This document shows positions 60,145 to 63,569 of a stretch of DNA of 63,569 nt, piece by piece (position 1 is the first letter of the stretch; the number at the start of each line of letters is the position of its first letter). Source of the stretch: Chiloscyllium plagiosum. Taxonomy: Eukaryota. A model generated the notes under the pieces. That model did no database searches, was not told the DNA's origin, and saw nothing but the letters and a program-made list of their open reading frames with translations. Location: positions 16,617,733-16,681,301 of the forward strand of contig NC_057750.1 of assembly GCF_004010195.1 (NCBI RefSeq). The letters are read 5' to 3'. The translations under genes and the position numbers were made by a program.

Positions 60145-60905
60145 TAATCACCAAACTGTCACCATCCTGGGGATTACCACTGAGCAGAAATGGAATGAGA
60201 TTCCCCCATGAAAATACAATGGCTAGAGCAGCGAGTCAGGGACTAGGAATTCTGCATTAACCCATCTCTTGACTCCCCAGAGCCTGTTCACCATCTACAA
60301 GGCACAAGTCAGGAGTGTGGAGAAAGTGAGGTCTGCAGATGCTGGAGATCAGAGATGGAAATGTGTTGCTGGAAAAGTGCAGCAGGTCAGGCAGAATCTA
60401 GGGAACAGGAGAATCGACGTTTCGGGCATTAGCCCTTCTTCAGGAGTGTGGAGTGTGATGGAATGCTCCCCACTTGCCTGACGGGGTGCAGCTCCAACAA
60501 TACTCAAGTAGTTTGGCATCATCCTGAAGAAAGCAGCCCGCGTGATTTATTCCCTCTATTGCCGACGCTCAGTCGCAGCAGTGACTGCCACCAACAAGAT
60601 GCACTGCAGAAATCTACCAAAGCTACTTAGGCAGCAACTTCCAAACCCAAGATCGCTACATCTAGAAAGCCAAAATTACAGATACATGGGTTGCAAGTTC
60701 CCTTCCAAACCACTCACCATTCTGACTTGGAAATATATTGCTATCCTTTACTGTCACTCGGTCAGAATCTTTGAGCTTCCTTTCTAATAGCACTGTGGGT
60801 GTCCCTATACTGCAAGGGCTGCAGCAGTTCAAGAAGGAAACTCATCACTGCCTTCTCTGGGGCAATTAGGAAGAGGGCAGTAAATGCTGGCCCAGCCAGC
60901 AACAG
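60145..60905 (+). mobile_element. LINE family 2 3' region
   Basis: catcctggggattaccactga..TPQSLFTIYKAQVRSV[insert]MECSPLA..HCRNLPKLLRQQLPNPR..gggcaattagg..taaatgctggcccagccagc. Confidence 0.85.
60323..60444 (-). mobile_element. PLE family A solo remnant with intact hammerhead (60412-60444)
   Basis: Reverse complement c-CTGAAGA-a-gggc-taat-gccc-GAAA-cg-TC-gattc; TSD tcaggagtgtggag 60309-60322 and 60440-60453 (overlaps element end). Confidence 0.87.
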
Positions 60906-60949
60906 GAAGTTGGAGGCAACAGGAAGTTTTGGGTTATTTTTGCAGAGTT

Positions 60950-61585
60950 TCCTGCCACTTCGGAACACCACTGTGTTCCCTCGCCAACATTTCTGTCTCA
61001 GGTCTGCTGCCGTGTTCCGGCGAAGTTCAATCCAAGCTGGACGACCCTCAGCCTTCAGGACTCAGTATTGAGTTCGATCATTTTCAAATCGGAGTACCTT
61101 CTTCCATGGCTTTTACCCACTCTCACACCCTGTCATTACAAGGTAGACAAGCAGGAGACTGGAAGAACACGGCAAGCCAGGCAGCATCAGGAAGTGGAGA
61201 TCAACATTTCAGGTGTAACCCTTCTTCAGGACTGGGGGTGGGTCATTACATGGACTATTCTCAGCACAGTCAATTCATTTTCACCTTCTTATGGTCCCCA
61301 TTACCAGCTTTTCTTACACCGGAGTATACTATCACCCAACCCATTGTCGTTCTCTCTCTCTCTGAGTTCCATTTCCGCCTATCCACTCAATCTTACCCCC
61401 ACCATGCCCCACAATCTTCTGTCTTCAGCATATATACCACCTTTTCCTAGCTACTATCAGTTCCAAAGAAGGGTCACTGGGCCCAAAATGTTAACTCTGC
61501 TTTCTCTCCACAGATGCTGCCAGACCTGCTGAGTTTCTCCAACACTTCCTAAATTGTTTCAGATTTCCAGCATCCACAATTCTTT
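60950..61585 (+). mobile_element. Penelope-like 3' fragment (endonuclease C-terminus + family C terminal repeat) with antisense family A-like insert at ~61150-61240
   Basis: CHFGTPLCSLANISVSGLLPCSGEVQSKL..QPSGLSIEFDHF parallels the 4360-4640(-) C-terminus; cagttccaaagaagggtcactgggcccaaaatgttaactctgc at ~61458. Confidence 0.75.
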
Positions 61586-61674
61586 ATTTTATATAAATGC
61601 AAAATTTGCTTTTCATAATAATCTTGAGTTTATGAGCATTGATTTGCCAAATTGTGAAGCTAATTAAATAATTG

Positions 61675-62180
61675 TCCATAAGATCAGAAGAAATGGCAAC
61701 AGGATTATGCAGCTTGGCCCCTTCACTAAGATAATGGCCGATCCGACATTCCTCCCGTCCACTTTCCTGCCCTTTTTCCTGTAATCCTTGACTTCCCAAA
61801 TGATCAAGAATCTATCTCAACCTAAAATAAATGCAAGGACTCTGTTCCCACAGCTTTCTGTGGCAAGGAGTTCCAAAGACTCACAACCCTCTGAGAGAAG
61901 AAATTCCTCCTTATCTCAGTCTTAAATTGGCACCCCTGTCTTCTGAGACTGTGCCCTCTGGCCTGAGACTCTCCCATGAGGAGAAACATCATCTCAGCAT
62001 TGACCCTGTCAAGCCCCTTAAGAATCCTGTGTGTTTCAATGAGATCACCTCTCATTCTTCTAATCTCCAGTGAATAGAATCCCAACCTGTTTGGCCTTTG
62101 CTCATTAGACAATCCCTCCACACCAGGGAGCATCCCAGTGACAGCCTCTGAACTGCCTGAAATGAAATGATGTCCTCTCC
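61675..62180 (-). mobile_element. CR1 3' end
   Basis: 61822-62133(-) MLPGVEGLSNEQRPNRLGFYSLEIRRMRGDLIETHRILKGLDRV..FFSQRVVSLWNSLPQ. Confidence 0.92.
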
Positions 62181-63037
62181 AGTATTTTGAAAACCTCTGA
62201 TAACCCTAACCTCTGCTGTCCTGAAATCTACAGATCAGAAGCTCCATTTGTCCAAATGTTTGAGCACTCCCACACATTCCACGGATGTGTTCATCATCAT
62301 TTCAGTACAAGCAGAAACAGGGTTTGGACAAGTTCAACATTATAATGATTTATCACTGGTTTATGTTTCAGCTAAACATCTCTCTCGAAATGGTTTTCCA
62401 GTTCATTTGCCCGTGGTCACTTTACAGTCCAAAGAAATTGTGAAATTCAGAATTTGATCCCAAGCATTCCAGACTGGAATGATTACACTGCAATTATTTT
62501 CTCTAAACTTTCTGAGTTTCAGGGAAAAATGTTGATATTTCAGGTTCTGACATCATACACAAAGGTTTTGTTTTGCTGTGTGGGCTGGGAATTTGTTTAA
62601 CTTCAAACTGCACGATTGTACCTTGAGAATATTACCCGATGATGCAACCACAAATCCTACTATCAGGTTACATTCCAGCATCTGAAAGATGAATGGTAGG
62701 AGCACCCAGTGTGTCGCTATGATTAATGGGATTTAGTTTACACTGCACAACTTAACGGTTGCTCAGTGTTGAATTATGGATGTGTAGGAAGGTCCCTCTT
62801 TGAGTTTCAGCTTTCATTGACCCCCAGGTGACTGCCAGTCAATTGCAGGTTTGCGCTTCCACTTTTTTGCAACCTGTGAAATGTGAACGCATTACTGCTG
62901 TTATGTTAATCAAAAGCCACACTGCTTGATTAAAGTTGTAGAGGAAACCGGGTCCGAGGGTCAGTGATTTAGCACTCAATTACAGTCGCTGAGCCTCCTT
63001 AAACCTGTCAAATGTGGACAGATACAGCTGCGTTACT

Positions 63038-63140
63038 AACAAAAAAACCCAGAAATTTCTGGAGAAACTCAGCAGCTCTGGCAACATCTGTGGAGAGAAA
63101 TCAGAGTTAACGTTTTGGGTCCAGAGACCTGACATCACAA
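63038..63140 (-). mobile_element. PLE family C remnant
   Basis: ggagaaactcagcagctctggcaacatctgtggagagaaatcagagttaacgttttgggtccag. Confidence 0.75.
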
Positions 63141-63183
63141 CTTTTGTGTTGGTGCTTGGTTCTCCCACATGCACAACAGGGAC

Positions 63184-63325
63184 TGGCATGGCTCAGTGGT
63201 TAGCACTACTGCCTCACAGCACAAGGGACCCGGGTTTGATCCCAGCCATGGAGTTTGTACATTCTCCCTGTGTCTGTGCGAGTTTCCTCTGGATGCTTCA
63301 GTTTGCTCCCACAATCCAAGATATA
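63184..63325 (+). mobile_element. HE1 SINE 5' half
   Basis: ggcatggctcagtggttagcactactgcctcacagcacaagggacccgggtttgatccc. Confidence 0.85.
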
Positions 63326-63350
63326 CAAAGTTAAAAATCACGCAACACCT

Positions 63351-63569
63351 GGGTATGGGGATTGTTGCTAGGCAGGGAGGATGTGGGTATGGGGATTGTT
63401 GCTAGGCAGGGTGTGATGTCGGTATGAGGATTGTTGCTAGGCAGGGACGATGTGGGTATGGGGATTGTTGCTGGGCAGGGTGTGATGTGGGTATGGGGAT
63501 TGTTGCTAGGCAGGGTGTGATTTGGGTATGGGGATTGTGCCTGGCAAGGGAGGATGTGTCTTGGGGAGG
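63351..63569 (+). repeat. G-rich 34/35-bp minisatellite running off window end
   Basis: Unit gggtatggggattgttgctaggcaggg(aggatgt|tgtgatgt), about 6 copies. Confidence 0.92.

Overview
Repeat-dominated vertebrate genomic DNA, almost certainly from a shark. The HE1-type SINE variant resembles bamboo/carpet sharks (inference). The window has two N gaps and no recognisable host protein-coding gene, so it is probably intronic or intergenic. It is a nested mosaic of: CR1 LINEs (ORF1 zinc-finger/GDSL-esterase relics and ORF2 RT fragments); a second CR1/L2-group LINE family; L2 and RTE remnants; three SINE families (HE1/V-SINE, Deu-domain SINE, a third tRNA-like SINE); a Tigger/pogo-type MITE; a probable Harbinger Myb-like relic; and two minisatellites. 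The most striking signal is about 25 Penelope-like (PLE) terminal-repeat remnants in four sequence families. Each family carries a minimal hammerhead-ribozyme core (CUGANGA-stem II-GAAA-palindrome-UH) with stems that covary between families. Many copies are 150-300 bp fold-back mini-elements with 10-17 bp target-site duplications, and their inversion or truncation point often sits at the ribozyme. Also notable are local templated captures at insertion junctions, a 33-bp minisatellite that arose inside a Deu-SINE, and three weak + strand exon candidates. Boundaries of old repeats are approximate (read by eye).
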